From Candidatus Latescibacterota bacterium (GTDB lineage: Bacteria > Latescibacterota > UBA2968 > GCA-2709665): a DNA stretch of 64,000 bases. Location: NCBI GenBank assembly GCA_965208835.1, contig OZ242358.1, forward strand, positions 1,888,001 to 1,952,000, in the 5' to 3' direction. Each line of letters opens with the position of its first letter. Within the stretch, counting starts at the first letter, position 1. Positions 49,692 to 58,685 of the stretch are shown piece after piece. The position numbers and the translations under genes are program-made. The notes beneath the pieces are model-generated. The model was not told the DNA's origin. It did no database searches and was given only the letters and a program-made list of their open reading frames with translations.

Positions 49692-50675
49692 GTGGCGGCC
49701 GATGCGCGTCTCGACGAGGGTCCGGAAGGCGTTCGCCGTGTCTTGCGGGCCATTTATCGCGCGGGGACGCTGCCGGTAAGGGACCTGTCGCGGGAAACGG
49801 GTCTGCCGGTTCCGGTGGTCGCGGCGGTCCGGGGTGAGTTGGAAACAAGGGGTTGGCTGGAGAGGCGAGGGGGTGTGCGCCTGTCTCCGGTCGGCCGGAA
49901 CGCGGTTGAACAACAACTGAGTCTGAGTTGCCGCCGCCGGTTTCAGAGGCCGGTTTTTCCCGTGCTGAACGACGAGATGCGTTCGTTGCAGACACGGATG
50001 GAGGCATTCGGAGGGCGGAGGCCGGCCGCCGACGTGCGGCTGGACCAGTCTCATGCAACGGCGGAAACCGCGCTGCGGCGCGCCGTATATCTGTACGAAA
50101 ACGACGGGCTGGAAGGGCGCGATGTACTGATACTGGGAGACGACGACCTCACCTCTCTGGCCATCGGCCTCCTTGCTGATTACCTGGGGATATCAGTGCG
50201 CAGGGTCGTGGTGCTGGAGTGCGACCCGCGTCTCGTGGCCTTTCTGAACGCCGCGTCAGGTGAAACGGGACAGCCTGTCGAGGCCGTCGATCACGACTTG
50301 AGGTCGGATCTGCCAGGGAATCTTCTCGCCGGTTTCGATCTGTTTTTTACCGATCCGCCATACACGCTGTCCGGGTTGTCGCTGTTCGTTTCCCGCGGCG
50401 CGGCCGGGCTTCGACCGGAGGTGGGCAAGCAGGGCTTTGTCTGTTTCGGAAGCCGCAACCCCGACGAGACGGCGACCGCCGTACGTACGATCACTGAAAC
50501 CGGGCTGGCGCCGGTCGAGATCATCCCGGGTTTCAATCGGTACGACGGCGCCCAGATGCTGGCCGGTGTCAGCCACCTCATTCGAACGGTCGCGACGGCC
50601 CGGTTGACGCCACGTGTCAATGGCTTCTACAAGGGTTCGCTTTACACGGCCGACAGGCCACGGAAGACGGGATGA
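49692..50675 (+). CDS. Bis-aminopropyl spermidine synthase (BpsA/DUF43) family protein with N-terminal wHTH-like region
   Basis: LDQSHAT, LEGRDVLILGDDDLTSLA, HDLR, FFTDPPYT; start codon uncertain. Confidence 0.78.
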   Translation: MAADARLDEGPEGVRRVLRAIYRAGTLPVRDLSRETGLPVPVVAAVRGELETRGWLERRGGVRLSPVGRNAVEQQLSLSCRRRFQRPVFPVLNDEMRSLQTRMEAFGGRRPAADVRLDQSHATAETALRRAVYLYENDGLEGRDVLILGDDDLTSLAIGLLADYLGISVRRVVVLECDPRLVAFLNAASGETGQPVEAVDHDLRSDLPGNLLAGFDLFFTDPPYTLSGLSLFVSRGAAGLRPEVGKQGFVCFGSRNPDETATAVRTITETGLAPVEIIPGFNRYDGAQMLAGVSHLIRTVATARLTPRVNGFYKGSLYTADRPRKTG

Positions 50676-51580
50676 ATCTGTCGTTCGAAGCGGAACCCAT
50701 TCACCCCCGCCATACGCACCGGCTGCAGGGAATATTCGCGTCGGCCGGGAAGAGCGCGTGGTGTTACTACGCGCCTTTCCTCTGTTGTTTCAGCCTGGCG
50801 CCGGCGCGGGAAGTGTTCGTTGCCGAACACGATGGCGCGCTCTGGCTTCCGGTGCGTCGCGTTGACAGAAGCGGCCGGGCCCGGTTCGACCTGGTCGCAC
50901 CTCCGATACCACTGTCGGCTGAACCGCTCGTTGCCGTTCTGAACGAGATGCGGGAAATCAACGAAGGCCGGTACCCGCGCATTCTGTGGCTGGACGAGAC
51001 CGACAGGCTGCGTCTGCCGCCGGATCGGCTGGAAGTTCGGCTCAAGTCACGGGAATATCTCTACGATCCGTCGAAGGTCGCGGCGGCCGCGGGTCGGCCG
51101 TACAGGGATCTGCGCAAACGAATAAGTCGCTTCCGGAGAGAAACGGACCCGCACTTTCGGGAGATGACGCCCGCGGATGTCACGCCATGCGAGTCGCTGT
51201 TGCGGCACTGGCGCAAACGGCAGGGCCGCAAGAGGGATTTCCTCCTCGACTGGGGATATACCCGGTCGGCGTTATCGAATTTCGGACGATGGACGTCCGA
51301 GGAACTCCAGGGATGGTGTGTGGAGTTGGAGGGCAGGATCGCGGCCTTCGCGTTCGCCGGACGCATGCGTACGGGGCTGGCCAATTTCTTCATTGCGAAA
51401 ACGGATCCCGAAGTGCGCGGCCTGTCGGAATATCTGCGAATGGAGGTCTACCGGGTGCTGATGGGTTTCGATCTTGTCAACGACGCGGGCGACTTGGGGC
51501 TTCCTGGACTGAGGCAGCATAAGCGAAAATTCCGGCCGGTCGACCGGATTCCGGTCTACAGCGCGTCGTTTTCGAATTGA
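50672..51580 (+). CDS. DUF2156 / phosphatidylglycerol lysyltransferase C-terminal-like (GNAT-fold) protein
   Basis: EYLYD, G.PYRDLRKRISRF, IAKTDPEVRGLSEYL, VNDAGDLGLPGLRQHKRKFRP; ATGA-coupled to the upstream gene. Confidence 0.75.
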   Translation: MNLSFEAEPIHPRHTHRLQGIFASAGKSAWCYYAPFLCCFSLAPAREVFVAEHDGALWLPVRRVDRSGRARFDLVAPPIPLSAEPLVAVLNEMREINEGRYPRILWLDETDRLRLPPDRLEVRLKSREYLYDPSKVAAAAGRPYRDLRKRISRFRRETDPHFREMTPADVTPCESLLRHWRKRQGRKRDFLLDWGYTRSALSNFGRWTSEELQGWCVELEGRIAAFAFAGRMRTGLANFFIAKTDPEVRGLSEYLRMEVYRVLMGFDLVNDAGDLGLPGLRQHKRKFRPVDRIPVYSASFSN

Positions 51581-51688
51581 CGAACAGTGTCGAGGCCTGT
51601 CGTTCAGACGTGCGCCACGGCGGAATGTGTCGAACTCCGGCAGGGCTGAAAGCTGGAAGATGACGGTCACAAGACAAGGAGGCTGTGC

Positions 51689-52312
51689 TTGACCGCTGCG
51701 AAAGCTACCAATATCGTGTGGCACGAAGGCCACGTGGGACGAGCGGAACGGGAGAAGCTGTTGGCGCAGGCGGGGTGCCTGGTGTGGTTGACCGGCCTGC
51801 CTTCCTCCGGCAAGAGTACCATTGCGTTTACCGTGGAACACGCGCTGGTTGCCCGGGGGCGGGTGGCCTATGTGCTGGATGGAGACAATGTCCGGCACGG
51901 GTTGAATAAGAACCTGGGTTTTTCGGCCGAAGACAGGGCTGAGAATATCCGACGCATCGGTGAGGTGGGAAAACTGTTCGTGGATGCCGGGATCCTTGCC
52001 ATAAGCAGCTTCGTCAGCCCGTACAGGCTGGACCGTGACGGGGTCCGCGCGATGCTGGATCGCGGTGATTTTCTGGAGGTTTTCGTGGACACCCCCCTGG
52101 CTGTCTGTGAAGAAAGGGACCCCAAGGGGCTTTACAAGAAAGCGCGTGCGGGAGAAATACCGGATTTTACGGGTATCTCGGATCCCTACGAGCCGCCGGA
52201 GGATCCGGAGCTTGTAATCAAGGCCGCCGAGTGTTCCCCCGAGGAGGCGGCGCAGCAGATCCTCGATATGCTCGAGCTGGAGGAGAAGATTCCGAAAGAG
52301 GGCGCGCGATAG
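51689..52312 (+). CDS. cysC: Adenylyl-sulfate kinase
   Basis: WLTGLPSSGKST, LDGDNVRHGL, RDPKGLYKKARAGEI, FTGISDPYE. Confidence 0.96.
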   Translation: MTAAKATNIVWHEGHVGRAEREKLLAQAGCLVWLTGLPSSGKSTIAFTVEHALVARGRVAYVLDGDNVRHGLNKNLGFSAEDRAENIRRIGEVGKLFVDAGILAISSFVSPYRLDRDGVRAMLDRGDFLEVFVDTPLAVCEERDPKGLYKKARAGEIPDFTGISDPYEPPEDPELVIKAAECSPEEAAQQILDMLELEEKIPKEGAR

Positions 52313-52388
52313 TGCGCAGTCGCAAGAGCCTGTTGAACATGATCACGCCTGTCGAACCGATGGCAATGATGCTGGAGGGACACGAACC

Positions 52389-53765
52389 GTGATATCGCTG
52401 GACGGGCGGCGGGTGCTCGTGATGGGCCTGGGCCTGTTCGGCGGGGGCGTGGGTGCGGTGCGGTTCCTGTGCAGGGAAGGCGCACGGGTGACCGTTACCG
52501 ACCTGCGGCCGGCAGAGGCGCTTGAGGAGTCGCTGCGTGTTCTAGAGTCGTTGCCTGTCGTCTACAGGCTGGGCGGACACGAGGCGGCGGATTTCCGGGC
52601 CGCGGACCTTATCGTGGCCAACCCCGGGGTGCCCCGGTCTTCCCCGTTCCTGAAGGTTGCCGGAAGACGTGGAATCCCCGTAACAACGGAGATCTGCCTG
52701 TTTGCAGAGCGGTGCGCGGCGCCGGTCGTGGGGATTACGGGCAGCAGCGGAAAGACGACGACAACGTCTCTGGTCGGGGAGATGATACGTCGCAAGACGC
52801 CGCGGACGTTGGTGGGCGGAAATATCGGGGGGTCGTTGCTGGATCGGCTGGAGGAGATAACCGCGGACACTCGCGTCGTCCTCGAACTGTCCAGCTTTCA
52901 GCTGGATAGGCTGAGCGATCTGCAATGGAGCCCGCAGACGGCCGTAGTTACGAATTTTGCCCCCAACCACCTGGATATGCACGGTTCGCTGGAGGCCTAC
53001 AACCGGGCGAAACGCCAGATAATCGCACATCAGGGCGAAGGCGACGTCGAGGTATTGAACGGCGACGACCCGGAAGTTCGGCAGTGGTCCGGCCGCGGAC
53101 GCCGTGTCGTCTTCGGCACGCAACGGACGTCGAACTGCGACGTGTACATTGACGATTGCCACATACGACACCGGATCGGCGGTTTCGAAAGAACCGTCTG
53201 TCCGGCCTGCGAGGTGGCGCTTCCCGGAAAGCACAATCTGTCAAACGCACTGGCCGCCAGCGGAGCGGCGCTTTCCAGCGGTGTGACCGAAGCGGATATT
53301 GCGGCGGTACTGCGTACGTTCAAGGGCGTGCCCCATCGCCTGGAACGGGTTGCCGAAATCCGGGGTGTCACTTACTATAACGACTCCATTGCGACAAGTC
53401 CGGATCGGACGCAGGTGGCGCTCTCGGCCCTCCCTCCGGGTCTGGTGTTGATTGCGGGGGGATACGACAAGGGTCTGGCATTCAGCACGCTGGGCCGACA
53501 AATCGGGCGGAGGGTGTCGCATCTGGTCCTCACGGGTCAGACGTCGGACGCGATCGCGGCTTCGGTACCGGCCGGGTCCACGACACGCATCCTGAGGGCG
53601 GATTCACTGGACGATGCAGTGTCCGCCGCGGCGAGACGTGCAGCGCCGGGAAGTACGGTGTTGTTTTCTCCGGCATCGGCAAGCTACGACCGCTTTCGCA
53701 ATTTCACGGAGCGTGGCGATCGGTTCAGGCAGCTGGTTCTGGATATGAGGACGGGTGATGGCTGA
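52389..53765 (+). CDS. murD: UDP-N-acetylmuramoyl-L-alanine--D-glutamate ligase
   Basis: GITGSSGKTTT, GGNIG, ELSSFQL, NHLD, HRLE, YNDS, SPASASYD. Confidence 0.95.
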   Translation: MISLDGRRVLVMGLGLFGGGVGAVRFLCREGARVTVTDLRPAEALEESLRVLESLPVVYRLGGHEAADFRAADLIVANPGVPRSSPFLKVAGRRGIPVTTEICLFAERCAAPVVGITGSSGKTTTTSLVGEMIRRKTPRTLVGGNIGGSLLDRLEEITADTRVVLELSSFQLDRLSDLQWSPQTAVVTNFAPNHLDMHGSLEAYNRAKRQIIAHQGEGDVEVLNGDDPEVRQWSGRGRRVVFGTQRTSNCDVYIDDCHIRHRIGGFERTVCPACEVALPGKHNLSNALAASGAALSSGVTEADIAAVLRTFKGVPHRLERVAEIRGVTYYNDSIATSPDRTQVALSALPPGLVLIAGGYDKGLAFSTLGRQIGRRVSHLVLTGQTSDAIAASVPAGSTTRILRADSLDDAVSAAARRAAPGSTVLFSPASASYDRFRNFTERGDRFRQLVLDMRTGDG

Positions 53766-54597
53766 GACAATCGACTTGAGGGCAATCGCGCCGACCATAT
53801 CACGTGTACTCGACGTTCCCGCACCCAATGGCGCTGAGGCGGCGCCGATCGACGAAGTCGTCGATACCCTGCGTGCCGCAGACCGGCTTGCGCTGGTGGT
53901 GGTTGACGGCTTCGGCTCGTCGCTGTGGGCGCATGTTCGCGAGGACGTGCCGGTTTTCAACCGGATCGCGGCGCTTCGGCATCGGGAGATCCAATCCGTG
54001 CTTCCCTCGATGACCTACATATGCATTTCAACGATGTTGACCGGCGTGTCGCCGTCCTCGCACGGCGTCACGGATTTGCAGACGATGATCCGGGCGACCC
54101 GGTCGCCCGATATGGATTCCGTCTTCAACCGCGTGCGCGACGCCGGCGGACAGACGCTGATGGCCGTCCACAAGAGGGATGTGGCGGGGTTGGACGTAGA
54201 GCGCTTCGCCGACAGGACGGTCCTCGCGGAGGAACGAAACGATCTGGAGATCTACGCCCGCGTTCCCGGTTTAATCCGCGAACATTCGCCGTCGTTTGCG
54301 TTTGTCCATTTGCTGGACGTAGATGAAGCGGGTCACAAGTACGGTCCCTACGCGCCGGAGGTCCGGCAGACCGCATCGGGGATGGACCGGAATCTGGGAG
54401 GCCTGCTGGCCTGCCTTGCGACTTGCGGATACGCGGTGGTAATCGTAGCGGACCACGGCATGCACGAGTCGCCGGAGCGCGTTATGGACGAAGGCGGGAA
54501 TCGCGGAATGCACGATGGCTCGGTTCAGGAGGACCTGGCCGTTCCGCTGTTGTGGGCGACGGCGAAAGAACTGCGTGACATTGAGCGGGGAAGATAG
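53758..54597 (+). CDS. Alkaline phosphatase superfamily (phosphodiesterase/NPP-like) protein
   Basis: VVVDG, PSMT, DEAGH, ADHG, HDG metal-ligand motifs. Confidence 0.82.
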   Translation: MAETIDLRAIAPTISRVLDVPAPNGAEAAPIDEVVDTLRAADRLALVVVDGFGSSLWAHVREDVPVFNRIAALRHREIQSVLPSMTYICISTMLTGVSPSSHGVTDLQTMIRATRSPDMDSVFNRVRDAGGQTLMAVHKRDVAGLDVERFADRTVLAEERNDLEIYARVPGLIREHSPSFAFVHLLDVDEAGHKYGPYAPEVRQTASGMDRNLGGLLACLATCGYAVVIVADHGMHESPERVMDEGGNRGMHDGSVQEDLAVPLLWATAKELRDIERGR

Positions 54598-54659
54598 TAC
54601 GTAAACGAGGCCGGACGTTCCTGCCGTCCGGCCAACACTTTACCTTGTGTCGTTTCTGT

Positions 54660-55523
54660 TCAGGCACCGTCTGAATACGGCATGAGTTTCCGGCCTCGGG
54701 TGGGGTGGCGGAGCTTTCTGAGCGCCTTTTCCTTGATCTGCCTCACGCGTTCCCTTGTGAGTCTGAACCGGATGCCAATTTCTTCCAGGGTCATTTCGGC
54801 GTCGCCGCCCAGGCCGAAATAGAGGCGAATGACCTCCCGTTCCCGTTCTTCCAGTGTATCCAGTGCCGCGAAGATCTCATCTTCCAGTGAATTCTGCAGG
54901 AGGAGATGGTCGGGCGATTCCTGGTTTTCGTCAGTCATGACTTCCAGCAGGCTGTTTTCTTCGTCTTCGCCGAAGGTCATGTCAAGCGAGAGGATGCGCT
55001 GTCCGCTGGCAAGGGTATCGACCACCTGCTCGACCGAGATCCCAAGCTCCTCGGCGATCTCTTCTTCGGGGGGACGCCCGGACGTCTCCTGCTGCCGGTT
55101 ATTGACGTAGCGGGAGATGCGGCGCAGAAGGTCCACCCGGTTAAGCGGAAGACGTACGACCCGGGAATGTTCGGCCAGTGTTTGGAGAATGGACTGGCGA
55201 ATCCACCAGACCGCATAGGAAATGAACTTGAATCCCTTGGTTTCGTCGAATCTCTCCGCCGCGGTAATGAGCCCGACGTTGCCAGCACTGATCAGATCCG
55301 CCAGCGGAACGCCCTGGTTCTGGTATTCCCTGGCTACGGTGATGACAAACCGAAGGTTGGCCTCGACTAGCTTCCTGCGGGCTTCGAGGTCTCCCTTTTT
55401 GATACGACGGGCAAGAAAGACTTCCTCCTGGGACGTCAACGGCTCCGACGTTGCGACGTCTTCCAGGTACCGGTGCAGTGAATCTTTCGCTTCATCGCGG
55501 TAGATTCCGCTCTTTCTGGCCAC
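54660..55523 (-). CDS. RNA polymerase sigma-70 factor, RpoD/SigA family, lacking region 1.1
   Basis: LVEANLRFV, DLISAGNVGL, KFISYAVWWIRQ, TLEEIG, TRERVRQI; GTG 55523 with GAGGTG RBS. Confidence 0.92.
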   Translation of the reverse strand: MARKSGIYRDEAKDSLHRYLEDVATSEPLTSQEEVFLARRIKKGDLEARRKLVEANLRFVITVAREYQNQGVPLADLISAGNVGLITAAERFDETKGFKFISYAVWWIRQSILQTLAEHSRVVRLPLNRVDLLRRISRYVNNRQQETSGRPPEEEIAEELGISVEQVVDTLASGQRILSLDMTFGEDEENSLLEVMTDENQESPDHLLLQNSLEDEIFAALDTLEEREREVIRLYFGLGGDAEMTLEEIGIRFRLTRERVRQIKEKALRKLRHPTRGRKLMPYSDGA

Positions 55524-55734
55524 GAAGATCACCTCGTACGGATATGCAATTGGCGGACGGGATTCTGCAACCGGAGGGAGGAAATAGGAGATGGAATCAA
55601 TTTGAATATTCGGTGTTTCCTGTACGATGTCAAGCGAAATCTCCCACGCGGACTGCAGTGAATATCGGGATGTGCGGCGGGGTCCGCGTCCCGGCTCTCG
55701 GAACAGCTTCCTGGCGACGTATGGAGGGGTTGCA

Positions 55735-56793
55735 ATGGATATGTCAATTGATCGATCACGATTATTGAAGTTGCTGGAAAGACTCCTGACGGCGCATGCT
55801 CCGCCGGGGGCAGAAGGCGAAGTGGACGCCATTGTAATGGATGAGGTGCGTCCCCTCTCGGCGTCGGTGTGGCAGGACCCGGCCGAGAGCATCGTGATTC
55901 ACTTCAGGGGCCGGGGAGATGGCGCGCCCGTTGCCGTCACGGCGCACAAGGACGAAATCTCGCTTATGGTCAAGCGTGTCCAGGAAGACGGGCGGCTGCG
56001 GGTCCGGCCGCTGGGCGGGCTCCACGCGTGGGCGGTGGGCGAGGGGCCGGTTGAAGTGCTCACCGAATGTGAGCCGGTAACGGGGGTTCTCTCTGTCGGC
56101 TCCAAGCATGTTTCCGACGAAAGTCCTGCGGGTCGTCTGAAGACGGGCAAGGCGGTGGAATGGGAGGCGTTCTGGATCGAGACCAAGCGCAGCGCCGCGG
56201 AACTGCAGGATCTCGGCGTACATCGCGGCAGCAAGGCGGTGCTTGCGCGTTCGCGCAAAACGCCCGTGTTTATGGGAGACTTCATCTGTGGCTACAATCT
56301 GGACTGCAGGGCCGGGCTGGCCGTCCTGATCGAGGCGGCCAGGCAGTTGGCCGAGACGCCGCCGCCGCATGACGTGTATCTCATCGCCAGTTCGGAGGAG
56401 GAGATCGGCGCGCAGGGCGCCGCGTTTTCGATCGGACAACTGCCCGCTCAAACGGCGATCGCGCTGGATATCGCACCCGTGGCCGAGGAGTATCAGATTG
56501 AGAATTGCGGAAAACCGGTTCTGCTCTGGGGTGACGCGACCGGGGTTTACCACGAACGGACGTTGCGCCACCTGGAATCACTGGCAACAGGTATGGGATT
56601 TGAGACTCAGCCGGCAGTGGTAACCTCATACGGGAGCGACGCAAGTATCGCCAAGCGTATCGGATCCGCCGGACGGTCCGCCTGCATCGCGTACCCGGGA
56701 GAGAACACCCACGGGTACGAGATCTGTTCGATGGAAGGGATCGTCAATTCGGCCAGGCTGCTGATGGCCTACCTGAGGAATCCCCCGGATTGA
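55735..56793 (+). CDS. M42 family metallopeptidase (TET/FrvX-like)
   Basis: PPGAE, AHKDEI, LDCR, EEEIG, ALDI, GSD, THGYE. Confidence 0.9.
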   Translation: MDMSIDRSRLLKLLERLLTAHAPPGAEGEVDAIVMDEVRPLSASVWQDPAESIVIHFRGRGDGAPVAVTAHKDEISLMVKRVQEDGRLRVRPLGGLHAWAVGEGPVEVLTECEPVTGVLSVGSKHVSDESPAGRLKTGKAVEWEAFWIETKRSAAELQDLGVHRGSKAVLARSRKTPVFMGDFICGYNLDCRAGLAVLIEAARQLAETPPPHDVYLIASSEEEIGAQGAAFSIGQLPAQTAIALDIAPVAEEYQIENCGKPVLLWGDATGVYHERTLRHLESLATGMGFETQPAVVTSYGSDASIAKRIGSAGRSACIAYPGENTHGYEICSMEGIVNSARLLMAYLRNPPD

Positions 56794-56887
56794 GCGTTGG
56801 TCGGCAGACGTGAGGTGATCCGGTCATCGGAAGACAGGCAACGCACGCGGACGCTCCGGGCATGGCGGAAAGCAGCGGTTTATACTT

Positions 56888-57637
56888 ATGCTAATTAGAA
56901 ATATAAAAGGACAATATCAATTCCTTAAAGGAATCGAACCCTATTCATGCGGCGTCATTGCCGAGACGGGATACGAGATCGTGCACGCGACGTTGACGGA
57001 ACCGTTACCGTGGCGCGAGGGATTCGAGAAGGTGGATGTGCATCTTCGCAGGTCGAGCCGGGTGCGGAACGCGCTTTGCGGTGTGGAACTCCGATGCCCG
57101 AAACCGCATCCGATGGACGGATTCATCGAATTCAACGAGGACTATTGCGGACTTCTTGCGTCCTGGGGCCTGCACGTGGACGGAATGAACCCGGTCGCGC
57201 GAACCAATGTCGCGCCGTTGCACAATCCGCCGGACGATACCACGATGTACGGTTTTTCATACACCGTGCCCTGCCGGGAGGAACACGGCCGTACATTCGT
57301 CATCGCGGGCGCGGGTGAACTGCTCGAGGGCGAACTGGTGCGCGACGGCATCGTCAGGCGGGGTGAAACGGGCTCGGACGCGATGCGGGAGAAGGCGGCG
57401 TACGTGGTGCATGTGATGGCGGATCGGCTGGCTGGGCTGGGAGTGAACTGGGATCAGGTGACCGCCGTGAATGTTTACACGGCGCACCGGTTGGACCGCC
57501 TTCTGAAGGATGTCGTATTGCCTGGCGTCGGGGCGGCGCAGCGTCACGGCTTCCGGTTGTACCCGGCGCGACCGCCCGTGATCGGGATCGAGTTCGAGAT
57601 GGACCTCCGCGGTATAAGGAGGGAAATCCGTATCTGA
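56888..57637 (+). CDS. CnbZ-like (2-amino-5-chloromuconate deaminase-like) protein
   Basis: PYSCGV, ALCGVELR, NPVARTNVAP, GFSYTVP, FVIAGAGE, RPPV.GIEFEMD pattern recalled for this family. Confidence 0.65.
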   Translation: MLIRNIKGQYQFLKGIEPYSCGVIAETGYEIVHATLTEPLPWREGFEKVDVHLRRSSRVRNALCGVELRCPKPHPMDGFIEFNEDYCGLLASWGLHVDGMNPVARTNVAPLHNPPDDTTMYGFSYTVPCREEHGRTFVIAGAGELLEGELVRDGIVRRGETGSDAMREKAAYVVHVMADRLAGLGVNWDQVTAVNVYTAHRLDRLLKDVVLPGVGAAQRHGFRLYPARPPVIGIEFEMDLRGIRREIRI

Positions 57638-57698
57638 GGCCGTCGCCCACGTGCGAATGCGTCCGGCCTCCGCCGAGGGCGGGGTTCGTCCGGGCAGG

Positions 57699-58667
57699 CT
57701 ACGGTATCAGGAGCACCTTGCCCGTCGTCAGTCTGCCTTCGAGCAGCCGGTGGGCTTCCCGGGCATCCGACAGGGGCAGCGTACGGTCGATCCGCAGACT
57801 GAGCTTCCCGGTTTGAATCCAGCCTAACACGTCATTGGCGCGAAGTTCCAGTTCCTCTCGGCTCGCAGTGTAGTCGACAAGGGTGGGGCGCGTCAAAAAG
57901 ATCGAGCCCAGACGGCTGAGCAGCAGCGGATCGACTGGCGGTACCGGGCCGCTGGCATTTCCGAACAGCACGAGGTAGCCCCTGGGAGACAGGCAATTCA
58001 TGCTCTTTTCCCACGTGGTCTTCCCAACCGAGTCGTATACCACATGCACGCCCTGTCCGTCCGTCAGCCGGCTGACTTCGGCTTCGAAATCCTGTTCGGT
58101 GTATCTGATGACTTCATCCGCTCCTGCGCCCCGGGCCAGTTGCGCCTTTTCTTCCGTTGACACCGTCCCGATGACGCGCGCCCCCCGCATTTTCGCCATC
58201 TGAACCAGAATGAGTCCCACGCCTCCCGCGGCTGCGTGGATGAGCACCGTGTCGCCTTCCAGAACGTTGCACGTACTGTGAACGAGATAGTGGGATGTCA
58301 TCCCCTGGAGCATGGCGGCCGCGCCGGCGGCGGCATCCACGCCATCGGGGAGTCTGACGAGTCTCTCCTGCGGGGCTGCGACGAATTCGGCGTATGAACC
58401 GGGTACTCCCGCGTAGGCGACGAGATCACCGGGCCGGAAATCCGTGGCGTCAGTCCCCAGGGCCGCCACCGTGCCGGCGGCCTCGAGACCGGGAATGAAG
58501 GGCAGGTCCAGCGGATAGAGGCCCGTGCGGTGGTAGGTGTCAATATAGTTCAGACCGATGGCATCGATTCTGACCAATACCTCGTTCGGGCCGGGATCGG
58601 GATTCGGAACGTCTTTAAAGAGGAGGACCTCGGGTCCGCCGGTGCGGTCAACTTGAATCGCTTTCAT
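57699..58667 (-). CDS. qor: NADPH:quinone oxidoreductase
   Basis: GLNYIDTYHRTGLY, HAAAGGVG, VYDSVGK, FGNASG, TTGKVLL. Confidence 0.92.
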   Translation of the reverse strand: MKAIQVDRTGGPEVLLFKDVPNPDPGPNEVLVRIDAIGLNYIDTYHRTGLYPLDLPFIPGLEAAGTVAALGTDATDFRPGDLVAYAGVPGSYAEFVAAPQERLVRLPDGVDAAAGAAAMLQGMTSHYLVHSTCNVLEGDTVLIHAAAGGVGLILVQMAKMRGARVIGTVSTEEKAQLARGAGADEVIRYTEQDFEAEVSRLTDGQGVHVVYDSVGKTTWEKSMNCLSPRGYLVLFGNASGPVPPVDPLLLSRLGSIFLTRPTLVDYTASREELELRANDVLGWIQTGKLSLRIDRTLPLSDAREAHRLLEGRLTTGKVLLIP

Positions 58668-58685
58668 GGAATTCTCCTTTGGAAT

